A stretch of 64,000 bases of DNA from Auanema rhodensis (Eukaryota; Animalia; Nematoda): the NCBI GenBank assembly GCA_964057225.1, contig OZ059896.1, positions 19,406,001 through 19,470,000 on the forward strand. The letters run 5' to 3'. Position 1 is the first letter of the stretch. Each line of letters begins with the position of its first letter. This document shows, one piece after another, positions 27,301 through 42,120 of the stretch. The notes below the pieces were generated by a model. That model ran no database searches. It saw nothing but the letters and a program-made list of their open reading frames with translations, and was not told where the DNA came from. The position numbers and the translations under genes are program-made.

Positions 27301-29133
27301 TGTTTTTGGATTCCTTTTTTCAAGGCAAAGAAGATGGACAATGTTATTCAACGAAAAAATTAATTCTTCAGGGTGAAAATCGAGGATATAAGTGTGAACT
27401 TATATCAGTTGATATCTCGGTGCATTTTTAAGCTAGCGCAAATTTGATAACACAGATCGACGCAGCTCAAAAATCCGCATCGAATGCACTATACTACATT
27501 GAGAAACGCTTAATACAAAAATTAGTTATGATCGTTTGAAAAATGATGCATTAGTGTATGTTGAGTTTCCATGTACACTCAACATTGCTTCCAAAAACAT
27601 TTTGACAAAAATTTTTTCGAAAAATTTCAAAATAATTTAGCAAAAAGTAGATGTTGTTAGATTCCTTTTTTCAAGGCAAAGACGATGGACAATGTTATTC
27701 AACGAAAAAATTAATTCTTCAGGGTGAAAATCGAGGATATAAGTGTGAACTTATATCAGTTGATATCTCGGTGCATTTTTAAGCTAGCGCAAATCTGATA
27801 ACACAGATCGACGCAGCTTAAAAATCCGCATCGAATGCACTATACTACATTGAGAAACGCTTAATACAAAAATTAGTTATGATCGTTTGAAAAATGATGC
27901 ATTAGTGTATGTTGAGTTTCCATGTACACTCAACATTGCTTCCAAAAACATTTTGACAAAAATTTTTTCGAAAAATTTCAAAATAATTTAGCAAAAAGTA
28001 GATGTTTTTAGATTCCTTTTTTCAAGGCAAAGACGATGGACAATGTTATTCAACGAAAAAATTAATTCTTCAGGGTGAAAATCGAGGATATAAGTGTGAA
28101 CTTATATCAGTTGATATATCGGTGCATTTTTAAGCTAGCGCAAATCTGATAACACAGATCGACGCAGCTTAAAAATCCGCATCGAATGCACTATACTACA
28201 TTGAGAAACGCTTAATACAAAAATTAGTTATGATCGTTTGAAAAATGATGCATTAGTGTATGTTGAGTTTCCATGTACACTCAACATTGCTTCCAAAAAC
28301 ATTTTGACAAAAATTTTTTCGAAAAATTTCTAAATAATTTAGCAAAAAGTAGATGTTTTTAGATTCTTTTTTTCAAGGCAAAGACGATGGACAATGTTAT
28401 TCAACGAAAAAATTAATTCTTCAGGGTGAAAATCGAGGATATAAGTGTGAACTTATATCAGTTGATATCTCGGTGCATTTTTAAGCTAGCGCAAATCTGA
28501 TAACACAGATCGACGCAGCTTAAAAATCCACATCGAATGCACTATACTACATTGAGACACGCTTAATACAAAAATTAGTTATGATCGTTTGAAAAATGAT
28601 GCATTAGTGTATGTTGAGTTTCCATGTACACTCAACATTGCTTCCAAAAACATTTTGACAAAAATTTTTTCGAAAAATTTCAAAATAATTTAGCAAAAAG
28701 TAGATGTTTTTAGATTCCTTCTTTCAAGGCAAAGACGATGGACAATGTTATTCAACGAAAAAATTAATTCTTCAGGGTGAAAATCGAGGATATAAGTGTG
28801 AACTTATATCAGTTGATATATCGGTGCATTTTTAAGCTAGCGCAAATCTGATAACACAGATCGACGCAGCTTAAAAATCCGCATCGAATGCACTATACTA
28901 CATTGAGAAACGCTTAATACAAAAATTAGTTATGATCGTTTGAAAAATGATGCATTAGTGTATGTTGAGTTTCCATGTACACTCAACATTGCTTCCAAAA
29001 ACATTTTGACAAAAATTTTTTCGAAAAATTTCAAAATAATTTAGCAAAAAGTAGATGTTTTTGGATTCCTTTTTTCAAGGCAAAGAAGATGGACAATGTT
29101 ATTCAACGAAAAAATTAATTCTTCAGGGTGAAA

Positions 29134-32100
29134 ATCGAGGATATAAGTGTGAACTTATATCAGTTGATATCTCGGTGCATTTTTAAGCTAGCGCAAATTT
29201 GATAACACAGATCGACGCAGCTCAAAAATCCGCATCGAATGCACTATACTACATTGAGAAACGCTTAATACAAAAATTAGTTATGATCGTTTGAAAAATG
29301 ATGCATTAGTGTATGTTGAGTTTCCATGTACACTCAACATTGCTTCCAAAAACATTTTGACAAAAATTTTTTCGAAAAATTTCAAAATAATTTAGCAAAA
29401 AGTAGATGTTGTTAGATTCCTTTTTTCAAGGCAAAGACGATGGACAATGTTATTCAACGAAAAAATTAATTCTTCAGGGTGAAAATCGAGGATATAAGTG
29501 TGAACTTATATCAGTTGATATCTCGGTGCATTTTTAAGCTAGCGCAAATCTGATAACACAGATCGACGCAGCTTAAAAATCCGCATCGAATGCACTATAC
29601 TACATTGAGAAACGCTTAATACAAAAATTAGTTATGATCGTTTGAAAAATGATGCATTAGTGTATGTTGAGTTTCCATGTACACTCAACATTGCTTCCAA
29701 AAACATTTTGACAAAAATTTTTTAGAAAAATTTCAAAATAATTTAGCAAAAAGTAGATGTTTTTAGATTCCTTTTTTCAAGGCAAAGACGATGGACAATG
29801 TTATTCAACGAAAAAATTAATTCTTCAGGGTGAAAATCGAGGATATAAGTGTGAACTTATATCAGTTGATATATCGGTGCATTTTTAAGCTAGCGCAAAT
29901 CTGATAACACAGATCGACGCAGCTTAAAAATCCGCATCGAATGCACTATACTACATTGAGAAACGCTTAATACAAAAATTAGTTATGATCGTTTGAAAAA
30001 TGATGCATTAGTGTATGTTGAGTTTCCATGTACACTCAACATTGCTTCCAAAAACATTTTGACAAAAATTTTTTCGAAAAATTTCAAAATAATTTAGCAA
30101 AAAGTAGATGTTTTTAGATTTCTTTTTTCAAGGCAAAGACGATGGACAATGTTATTCAACGAAAAAATTAATTCTTCAGATTGAAAATCGAGGATATAAG
30201 TGTGAACTTATATCAGTTGATATCTCGGTGCATTTTTAAGCTAGCGCAAATCTGATAACACAGATCGACGCAGCTTAAAAATCCGCATCGAATGCACTAT
30301 ACTACATTGAGAAACGCTTAATACAAAAATTAGTTATGATCGTTTGAAAAATGATGCATTAGTGCATGTTGAGTTTCCATGTACACTCAACATTGCTTCC
30401 AAAAACATTTTGACAAAAATTTTTTCGAAAAATTTCAAAATAATTTAGCAAAAAGTAGATGTTTTTGGATTCCTTTTTTCAAGGCAAAGAAGATGGACAA
30501 TGTTATTCAACGAAAAAATTAATTCTTCAGGGTGAAAATCGAGGATATAAGTGTGAACTTATATCAGTTGATATCTCGGTGCATTTTTAAGCTAGCGCAA
30601 ATTTGATAACACAGATCGACGCAGCTCAAAAATCCGCATCGAATGCACTATACTACATTGAGAAACGCTTAATACAAAAATTAGTTATGATCGTTTGAAA
30701 AATGATGCATTAGTGTATGTTGAGTTTCCATGTACACTCAACATTGCTTCCAAAAACATTTTGACAAAAATTTTTTCGAAAAATTTCAAAATAATTTAGC
30801 AAAAAGTAGATGTTGTTAGATTCCTTTTTTCAAGGCAAAGACGATGGACAATGTTATTCAACGAAAAAATTAATTCTTCAGGGTGAAAATCGAGGATATA
30901 AGTGTGAACTTATATCAGTTGATATCTCGGTGCATTTTTAAGCTAGCGCAAATCTGATAACACAGATCGACGCAGCTTAAAAATCCGCATCGAATGCACT
31001 ATACTACATTGAGAAACGCTTAATACAAAAATTAGTTATGATCGTTTGAAAAATGATGCATTAGTGTATGTTGAGTTTCCATGTACACTCAACATTGCTT
31101 CCAAAAACATTTTGACAAAAATTTTTTCGAAAAATTTCAAAATAATTTAGCAAAAAGTAGATGTTTTTAGATTCCTTTTTTCAAGGCAAAGACGATGGAC
31201 AAAGTTATTCAACGAAAAAATTAATTCTTCAGGGTGAAAATCGAGGATATAAGTGTGAACTTATATCAGTTGATATATCGGTGCATTTTTAAGCTAGCGC
31301 AAATCTGATAACACAGATCGACGCAGCTTAAAAATCCGCATCGAATGCACTATACTACATTGAGAAACGCTTAATACAAAAATTAGTTATGATCGTTTGA
31401 AAAATGATGCATTAGTGTATGTTGAGTTTCCATGTACACTCAACATTGCTTCCAAAAACATTTTGACAAAAATTTTTTCGAAAAATTTCTAAATAATTTA
31501 GCAAAAAGTAGATGTTTTTAAAATCTTTTTTTCAAGGCAAAGAGGATGGACAATGTTATTCAACGAAAAAATTAATTCTTCAGGGTGAAAATCGAGGATA
31601 TAAGTGTGAACTTATATCAGTTGATATCTCGGTGCATTTTTAAGCTAGCGCAAATTTGATAACACAGATCGACGCAGCTTAAAAATCCGCATCGAATGCA
31701 CTATACTGCATTGAGAAACGCTTAATACAAAAATTAGTTATGATCGTTTGAAAAATGATGCATTAGTGTATGTTGAGTTTCCATGTACACTCAACATTGC
31801 TTCCAAAAACATTTTGACAAAAATTTTTTCGAAAAATTTCAAAATAATTTAGCAAAAAGTAGATGTTTTTAGATTCCTTTTTTCAAGGCAAAGACGATGG
31901 ACAATGTTATTCAACGAAAAAATTAATTCTTCAGGGTGAAAATCGAGGATATAAGTGTGAACTTATATCAGTTGATATCTCGGTGCATTTTTAAGCTAGC
32001 GCAAATCTGATAACACAGATCGACGCAGCTTAAAAATCCGCATCGAATGCACTATACTACATTGAGAAACGCTTAATACAAAAATTAGTTATGATCGTTT

Positions 32101-35100
32101 GAAAAATGATGCATTAGTGTATGTTGAGTTTCCATGTACACTCAACATTGCTTCCAAAAACATTTTGACAAAAATTTTTTCGAAAAATTTCAAAATAATT
32201 TAGCAAAAAGTAGATGTTTTTAGATTCCTTTTTTCAAGGCAAAGAAGATGGACAATGTTATTCAACGAAAAAATTAATTCTTCAGGGTGAAAATCGAGGA
32301 TATAAGTGTGAACTTATATCAGTTGATATCTCGGTGCATTTTTAAGCTAGCGCAAATTTGATAACACAGATCGACGCAGCTCAAAAATCCGCATCGAATG
32401 CACTATACTACATTGAGAAACGCTTAATACAAAAATTAGTTATGATCGTTTGAAAAATGATGCATTAGTGTATGTTGAGTTTCCATGTACACTCAACATT
32501 GCTTCCAAAAACATTTTGACAAAAATTTTTTCGAAAAATTTCAAAATAATTTAGCAAAAAGTAGATGTTTTTGGATTCCTTTTTTCAAGGCAAAGAAGAT
32601 GGACAATGTTATTCAACGAAAAAATTAATTCTTCAGGGTGAAAATCGAGGATATAAGTGTGAACTTATATCAGTTGATATCTCGGTGCATTTTTAAGCTA
32701 GCGCAAATTTGATAACACAGATCGACGCAGCTCAAAAATCCGCATCGAATGCACTATACTACATTGAGAAACGCTTAATACAAAAATTAGTTATGATCGT
32801 TTGAAAAATGATGCATTAGTGTATGTTGAGTTTCCATGTACACTCAACATTGCTTCCAAAAACATTTTGACAAAAATTTTTTCGAAAAATTTCAAAATAA
32901 TTTAGCAAAAAGTAGATGTTGTTAGATTCCTTTTTTCAAGGCAAAGACGATGGACAATGTTATTCAACGAAAAAATTAATTCTTCAGGGTGAAAATCGAG
33001 GATATAAGTGTGAACTTATATCAGTTGATATCTCGGTGCATTTTTAAGCTAGCGCAAATCTGATAACACAGATCGACGCAGCTTAAAAATCCGCATCGAA
33101 TGCACTATACTACATTGAGAAACGCTTAATACAAAAATTAGTTATGATCGTTTGAAAAATGATGCATTAGTGTATGTTGAGTTTCCATGTACACTCAACA
33201 TTGCTTCCAAAAACATTTTGACAAAAATTTTTTCGAAAAATTTCAAAATAATTTAGCAAAAAGTAGATGTTTTTAGATTCCTTTTTTCAAGGCAAAGACG
33301 ATGGACAATGTTATTCAACGAAAAAATTAATTCTTCAGGGTGAAAATCGAGGATATAAGTGTGAACTTATATCAGTTGATATATCGGTGCATTTTTAAGC
33401 TAGCGCAAATCTGATAACACAGATCGACGCAGCTTAAAAATCCGCATCGAATGCACTATACTACATTGAGAAACGCTTAATACAAAAATTAGTTATGATC
33501 GTTTGAAAAATGATGCATTAGTGTATGTTGAGTTTCCATGTACACTCAACATTGCTTCCAAAAACATTTTGACAAAAATTTTTTCGAAAAATTTCAAAAT
33601 AATTTAGCAAAAAGTAGATGTTTTTAGATTTCTTTTTTCAAGGCAAAGACGATGGACAATGTTATTCAACGAAAAAATTAATTCTTCAGATTGAAAATCG
33701 AGGATATAAGTGTGAACTTATATCAGTTGATATCTCGGTGCATTTTTAAGCTAGCGCAAATCTGATAACACAGATCGACGCAGCTTAAAAATCCGCATCG
33801 AATGCACTATACTACATTGAGAAACGCTTAATACAAAAATTAGTTATGATCGTTTGAAAAATGATGCATTAGTGCATGTTGAGTTTCCATGTACACTCAA
33901 CATTGCTTCCAAAAACATTTTGACAAAAATTTTTTCGAAAAATTTCAAAATAATTTAGCAAAAAGTAGATGTTTTTGGATTCCTTTTTTCAAGGCAAAGA
34001 AGATGGACAATGTTATTCAACGAAAAAATTAATTCTTCAGGGTGAAAATCGAGGATATAAGTGTGAACTTATATCAGTTGATATCTCGGTGCATTTTTAA
34101 GCTAGCGCAAATTTGATAACACAGATCGACGCAGCTCAAAAATCCGCATCGAATGCACTATACTACATTGAGAAACGCTTAATACAAAAATTAGTTATGA
34201 TCGTTTGAAAAATGATGCATTAGTGTATGTTGAGTTTCCATGTACACTCAACATTGCTTCCAAAAACATTTTGACAAAAATTTTTTCGAAAAATTTCAAA
34301 ATAATTTAGCAAAAAGTAGATGTTGTTAGATTCCTTTTTTCAAGGCAAAGACGATGGACAATGTTATTCAACGAAAAAATTAATTCTTCAGGGTGAAAAT
34401 CGAGGATATAAGTGTGAACTTATATCAGTTGATATCTCGGTGCATTTTTAAGCTAGCGCAAATCTGATAACACAGATCGACGCAGCTTAAAAATCCGCAT
34501 CGAATGCACTATACTACATTGAGAAACGCTTAATACAAAAATTAGTTATGATCGTTTGAAAAATGATGCATTAGTGTATGTTGAGTTTCCATGTACACTC
34601 AACATTGCTTCCAAAAACATTTTGACAAAAATTTTTTCGAAAAATTTCAAAATAATTTAGCAAAAAGTAGATGTTTTTAGATTCCTTTTTTCAAGGCAAA
34701 GACGATGGACAAAGTTATTCAACGAAAAAATTAATTCTTCAGGGTGAAAATCGAGGATATAAGTGTGAACTTATATCAGTTGATATATCGGTGCATTTTT
34801 AAGCTAGCGCAAATCTGATAACACAGATCGACGCAGCTTAAAAATCCGCATCGAATGCACTATACTACATTGAGAAACGCTTAATACAAAAATTAGTTAT
34901 GATCGTTTGAAAAATGATGCATTAGTGTATGTTGAGTTTCCATGTACACTCAACATTGCTTCCAAAAACATTTTGACAAAAATTTTTTCGAAAAATTTCT
35001 AAATAATTTAGCAAAAAGTAGATGTTTTTAAAATCTTTTTTTCAAGGCAAAGAGGATGGACAATGTTATTCAACGAAAAAATTAATTCTTCAGGGTGAAA

Positions 35101-35451
35101 ATCGAGGATATAAGTGTGAACTTATATCAGTTGATATCTCGGTGCATTTTTAAGCTAGCGCAAATTTGATAACACAGATCGACGCAGCTTAAAAATCCGC
35201 ATCGAATGCACTATACTGCATTGAGAAACGCTTAATACAAAAATTAGTTATGATCGTTTGAAAAATGATGCATTAGTGTATGTTGAGTTTCCATGTACAC
35301 TCAACATTGCTTCCAAAAACATTTTGACAAAAATTTTTTCGAAAAATTTCAAAATAATTTAGCAAAAAGTAGATGTTTTTAGATTCCTTTTTTCAAGGCA
35401 AAGACGATGGACAATGTTATTCAACGAAAAAATTAATTCTTCAGGGTGAAA
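29134..35451 (+). repeat. Duplication with 10-monomer (3510 bp) period
   Basis: M84-M91 match M94-M101, including C286T+GG345-346AT (M86, M96), T315A (M89, M99), the AAAATCT+C305G monomer (M90, M100) and A118G (M91, M101). Confidence 0.88.
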
Positions 35452-37206
35452 ATCGAGGATATAAGTGTGAACTTATATCAGTTGATATCTCGGTGCATTT
35501 TTAAGCTAGCGCAAATCTGATAACACAGATCGACGCAGCTTAAAAATCCGCATCGAATGCACTATACTACATTGAGAAACGCTTAATACAAAAATTAGTT
35601 ATGATCGTTTGAAAAATGATGCATTAGTGTATGTTGAGTTTCCATGTACACTCAACATTGCTTCCAAAAACATTTTGACAAAAATTTTTTCGAAAAATTT
35701 CAAAATAATTTAGCAAAAAGTAGATGTTTTTAGATTCTTTTTTTCAAGGCAAAGACGATGGACAATGTTATTCAACGAAAAAATTAATTCTTCAGGGTGA
35801 AAATCGAGGATATAAGTGTGAACTTATATCAGTTGATATATCGGTGCATTTTTAAGCTAGCGCAAATCTGATAACACAGATCGACGCAGCTTAAAAATCC
35901 GCATCGAATGCACTATACTACATTGAGAAACGCTTAATACAAAAATTAGTTATGATCGTTTGAAAAATGATGCATTAGTGTATGTTGAGTTTCCATGTAC
36001 ACTCAACATTGCTTCCAAAAACATTTTGACAAAAATTTTTTCGAAAAATTTCTAAATAATTTAGCAAAAAGTAGATGTTTTTAGATTCTTTTTTTCAAGG
36101 CAAAGACGATGGACAATGTTATTCAACGAAAAAATTAATTCTTCAGGGTGAAAATCGAGGATATAAGTGTGAACTTATATCAGTTGATATCTCGGTGCAT
36201 TTTTAAGCTAGCGCAAATCTGATAACACAGATCGACGCAGCTTAAAAATCCACATCGAATGCACTATACTACATTGAGAAACGCTTAATACAAAAATTAG
36301 TTATGATCGTTTGAAAAATGATGCATTAGTGTATGTTGAGTTTCCATGTACACTCAACATTGCTTCCAAAAACATTTTGACAAAAATTTTTTCGAAAAAT
36401 TTCAAAATAATTTAGCAAAAAGTAGATGTTTTTAGATTCCTTCTTTCAAGGCAAAGACGATGGACAATGTTATTCAACGAAAAAATTAATTCTTCAGGGT
36501 GAAAATCGAGGATATAAGTGTGAACTTATATCAGTTGATATATCGGTGCATTTTTAAGCTAGCGCAAATCTGATAACACAGATCGACGCAGCTTAAAAAT
36601 CCGCATCGAATGCACTATACTACATTGAGAAATGCTTAATACAAAAATTAGTTATGATCGTTTGAAAAATGATGCATTAGTGTATGTTGAGTTTCCATGT
36701 ACACTCAACATTGCTTCCAAAAACATTTTGACAAAAATTTTTTCAAAAAATTTCAAAATAATTTAGCAAAAAGTAGATGTTTTTAGATTCCTTTTTTCAA
36801 GGCAAAGACGATGGACAATGTTATTCAACGAAAAAATTAATTCTTCAGGGTGAAAATCGAGGATATAAGTGTGAACTTATATCAGTTGATATCTCGGTGC
36901 ATTTTTAAGCTAGCGCAAATCTGATAACACAGATCGACGCAGCTTAAAAATCCGCATCGAATGCACTATACTACATTGAGAAACGCTTAATACAAAAATT
37001 AGTTATGATCGTTTGAAAAATGATGCATTAGTGTATGTTGAGTTTCCATGTACACTCAACATTGCTTCCAAAAACATTTTGACAAAAATTTTTTCGAAAA
37101 ATTTCAAAATAATTTAGCAAAAAGTAGATGTTCTTAGATTCCTTTTTTCAAGGCAAAGACGATGGACATTGTTATTCAACGAAAAAATTAATTCTTCAGG
37201 GTGAAA

Positions 37207-40200
37207 ATCGAGGATATAAGTGTGAACTTATATCAGTTGATATCTCGGTGCATTTTTAAGCTAGCGCAAATCTGATAACACAGATCGACGCAGCTTAAAA
37301 ATCCGCATCGAATGCACTATACTACATTGAGAAACGCTTAATACAAAAATTAGTTATGATCGTTTGAAAAATGATGCATTAGTGTATGTTGAGTTTCCAT
37401 GTACACTCAACATTGCTTCCAAAAACATTTTGACAAAAATTTTTTCGAAAAATTTCAAAATAATTTAGCAAAAAGTAGATGTTTTTAGATTCCTTTTTTC
37501 AAGGCAAAGACGATGGACAATGTTATTCAACGAAAAAATTAATTCTTCAGGGTGAAAATCGAGGATATAAGTGTGAACTTATATCAGTTGATATATCGGT
37601 GCATTTTTAAGCTAGCGCAAATCTGATAACACAGATCGACGCAGCTTAAAAATCCGCATCGAATGCACTATACTACATTGAGAAACGCTTAATACAAAAA
37701 TTAGTTATGATCGTTTGAAAAATGATGCATTAGTGTATGTTGAGTTTCCATGTACACTCAACATTGCTTCCAAAAACATTTTGACAAAAATTTTTTCGAA
37801 AAATTTCAAAATAATTTAGCAAAAAGTAGATGTTTTTAGATTCTTTTTTTCAAGGCAATAACGATGGACAATGTTATTCAACGAAAAAATTAATTCTTCA
37901 GGGTGAAAATCGAGGATATAAGTGTGAACTTATATCAGTTGATATCTCGGTGCATTTTTAAGCTAGCGCAAATCTGATAACACAGATCGACGCAGCTTAA
38001 AAATCCACATCGAATGCACTATACTACATTGAGAAACGCTTAATACTAAAATTAGTTATGATCGTTTGAAAAATGATGCATTAGTGTATGTTGAGTTTCC
38101 ATGTACACTCAACATTGCTTCCAAAAACATTTTGACAAAAATTTTTTCGAAAAATTTCAAAATAATTTAGCAAAAAGTAGATGTTTTTAGATTCTTTTTT
38201 TCAAGGCAAAGACGATGGACAATGTTATTCAACGAAAAAATTAATTCTTCAGGGTGAAAATCGAGGATATAAGTGTGAACTTATATCAGTTGATATATCG
38301 GTGCATTTTTAAGCTAGCGCAAATCTGATAACACAGATCGACGCAGCTTAAAAATCCGCATCGAATGCACTATACTACATTGAGAAACGCTTAATACAAA
38401 AATTAGTTATGATCGTTTGAAAAATGATGCATTAGTGTATGTTGAGTTTCCATGTACACTCAACATTGCTTCCAAAAACATTTTGACAAAAATTTTTTCG
38501 AAAAATTTCTAAATAATTTAGCAAAAAGTAGATGTTTTTAGATTCTTTTTTTCAAGGCAATAACGATGGACAATGTTATTCAACGAAAAAATTAATTCTT
38601 CAGGGTGAAAATCGAGGATATAAGTGTGAACTTATATCAGTTGATATCTCGGTGCATTTTTAAGCTAGCGCAAATCTGATAACACAGATCGACGCAGCTT
38701 AAAAATCCACATCGAATGCACTATACTACATTGAGAAACGCTTAATACAAAAATTAGTTATGATCGTTTGAAAAATGATGCATTAGTGTATGTTGAGTTT
38801 CCATGTACACTCAACATTGCTTCCAAAAACATTTTGACAAAAATTTTTTCGAAAAATTTCAAAATAATTTAGCAAAAAGTAGATGTTTTTAGATTCCTTC
38901 TTTCAAGGCAAAGACGATGGACAATGTTATTCAACGAAAAAATTAATTCTTCAGGGTGAAAATCGAGGATATAAGTGTGAACTTATATCAGTTGATATAT
39001 CGGTGCATTTTTAAGCTAGCGCAAATCTGATAACACAGATCGACGCAGCTTAAAAATCCGCATCGAATGCACTATACTACATTGAAAAACGCTTAATACA
39101 AAAATTAGTTATGATCGTTTGAAAAATGATGCATTAGTGTATGTTGAGTTTCCATGTACACTCAACATTGCTTCCAAAAACATTTTGACAAAAATTTTCT
39201 CGAAAAATTTCAAAATAATTTAGCAAAAAGTAGATGTTCTTAGATTCCTTTTTTCAAGGCAAAGACGATGGACATTGTTATTCAACGAAAAAATTAATTC
39301 TTCAGGGTGAAAATCGAGGATATAAGTGTGAACTTATATCAGTTGATATATCGGTGCATTTTTAAGCTAGCGCAAATCTGATAACACAGATCGACGCAGC
39401 TTAAAAATCCGCATCGAATGCACTATACTACATTGAGAAACGCTTAATACAAAAATTAGTTATGATCGTTTGAAAAATGATGCATTAGTGTATGTTGAGT
39501 TTCCATGTACACTAAACATTGCTTCCAAAAACATTTTGACAAAAATTTTTTCGAAAAATTTCTAAATAATTTAGCAAAAAGTAGATGTTTTTAGATTCTT
39601 TTTTTCAAGGCAAAGACGATGGACAATGTTATTCAACGAAAAAATTAATTCTTCAGGGTGAAAATCGAGGATATAAGTGTGAACTTATATCAGTTGATAT
39701 CTCGGTGCATTTTTAAGCTAGCGCAAATCTGATAACACAGATCGACGCAGCTTAAAAATCCGCATCGAATGCACTATACTACATTGAGAAACGCTTAATA
39801 CAAAAATTAGTTATGATCGTTTGAAAAATGATGCATTAGTGTATGTTGAGTTTCCATGTACACTCAACATTGCTTCCAAAAACATTTTGACAAAAATTTT
39901 TTCGAAAAATTTCAAAATAATTTAGCAAAAAGTAGATGTTTTTAGATTCCTTTTTTCAAGGCAAAGACGATGGACAATGTTATTCAACGAAAAAATTAAT
40001 TCTTCAGGGTGAAAATCGAGGATATAAGTGTGAACTTATATCAGTTGATATATCGGTGCATTTTTAAGCTAGCGCAAATCTGATAACACAGATCGACGCA
40101 GCTTAAAAATCCGCATCGAATGCACTATACTACATTGAGAAACGCTTAATACAAAAATTAGTTATGATCGTTTGAAAAATGATGCATTAGTGTATGTTGA

Positions 40201-42120
40201 GTTTCCATGTACACTCAACATTGCTTCCAAAAACATTTTGACAAAAATTTTTTCGAAAAATTTCAAAATAATTTAGCAAAAAGTAGATGTTTTTAGATTC
40301 TTTTTTTCAAGGCAATAACGATGGACAATGTTATTCAACGAAAAAATTAATTCTTCAGGGTGAAAATCGAGGATATAAGTGTGAACTTATATCAGTTGAT
40401 ATCTCGGTGCATTTTTAAGCTAGCGCAAATCTGATAACACAGATCGACGCAGCTTAAAAATCCACATCGAATGCACTATACTACATTGAGAAACGCTTAA
40501 TACAAAAATTAGTTATGATCGTTTGAAAAATGATGCATTAGTGTATGTTGAGTTTCCATGTACACTCAACATTGCTTCCAAAAACATTTTGACAAAAATT
40601 TTTTCGAAAAATTTCAAAATAATTTAGCAAAAAGTAGATGTTTTTAGATTCTTTTTTTCAAGGCAAAGACGATGGACAATGTTATTCAACGAAAAAATTA
40701 ATTCTTCAGGGTGAAAATCGAGGATATAAGTGTGAACTTATATCAGTTGATATATCGGTGCATTTTTAAGCTAGCGCAAATCTGATAACACAGATCGACG
40801 CAGCTTAAAAATCCGCATCGAATGCACTATACTACATTGAGAAACGCTTAATACAAAAATTAGTTATGATCGTTTGAAAAATGATGCATTAGTGTATGTT
40901 GAGTTTCCATGTACACTCAACATTGCTTCCAAAAACATTTTGACAAAAATTTTTTCGAAAAATTTCTAAATAATTTAGCAAAAAGTAGATGTTTTTAGAT
41001 TCTTTTTTTCAAGGCAATAACGATGGACAATGTTATTCAACGAAAAAATTAATTCTTCAGGGTGAAAATCGAGGATATAAGTGTGAACTTATATCAGTTG
41101 ATATCTCGGTGCATTTTTAAGCTAGCGCAAATCTGATAACACAGATCGACGCAGCTTAAAAATCCACATCGAATGCACTATACTACATTGAGAAACGCTT
41201 AATACAAAAATTAGTTATGATCGTTTGAAAAATGATGCATTAGTGTATGTTGAGTTTCCATGTACACTCAACATTGCTTCCAAAAACATTTTGACAAAAA
41301 TTTTTTCGAAAAATTTCAAAATAATTTAGCAAAAAGTAGATGTTTTTAGATTCCTTCTTTCAAGGCAAAGACGATGGACAATGTTATTCAACGAAAAAAT
41401 TAATTCTTCAGGGTGAAAATCGAGGATATAAGTGTGAACTTATATCAGTTGATATATCGGTGCATTTTTAAGCTAGCGCAAATCTGATAACACAGATCGA
41501 CGCAGCTTAAAAATCCGCATCGAATGCACTATACTACATTGAAAAACGCTTAATACAAAAATTAGTTATGATCGTTTGAAAAATGATGCATTAGTGTATG
41601 TTGAGTTTCCATGTACACTCAACATTGCTTCCAAAAACATTTTGACAAAAATTTTCTCGAAAAATTTCAAAATAATTTAGCAAAAAGTAGATGTTCTTAG
41701 ATTCCTTTTTTCAAGGCAAAGACGATGGACATTGTTATTCAACGAAAAAATTAATTCTTCAGGGTGAAAATCGAGGATATAAGTGTGAACTTATATCAGT
41801 TGATATATCGGTGCATTTTTAAGCTAGCGCAAATCTGATAACACAGATCGACGCAGCTTAAAAATCCGCATCGAATGCACTATACTACATTGAGAAACGC
41901 TTAATACAAAAATTAGTTATGATCGTTTGAAAAATGATGCATTAGTGTATGTTGAGTTTCCATGTACACTAAACATTGCTTCCAAAAACATTTTGACAAA
42001 AATTTTTTCGAAAAATTTCTAAATAATTTAGCAAAAAGTAGATGTTTTTAGATTCTTTTTTTCAAGGCAAAGACGATGGACAATGTTATTCAACGAAAAA
42101 ATTAATTCTTCAGGGTGAAA
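37207..42120 (+). repeat. 7-monomer HOR (2457 bp) x2, nearly identical
   Basis: M107-M113 match M114-M120, including private T238C (M112, M119). Only one difference seen, A>T at 38047. Confidence 0.92.
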
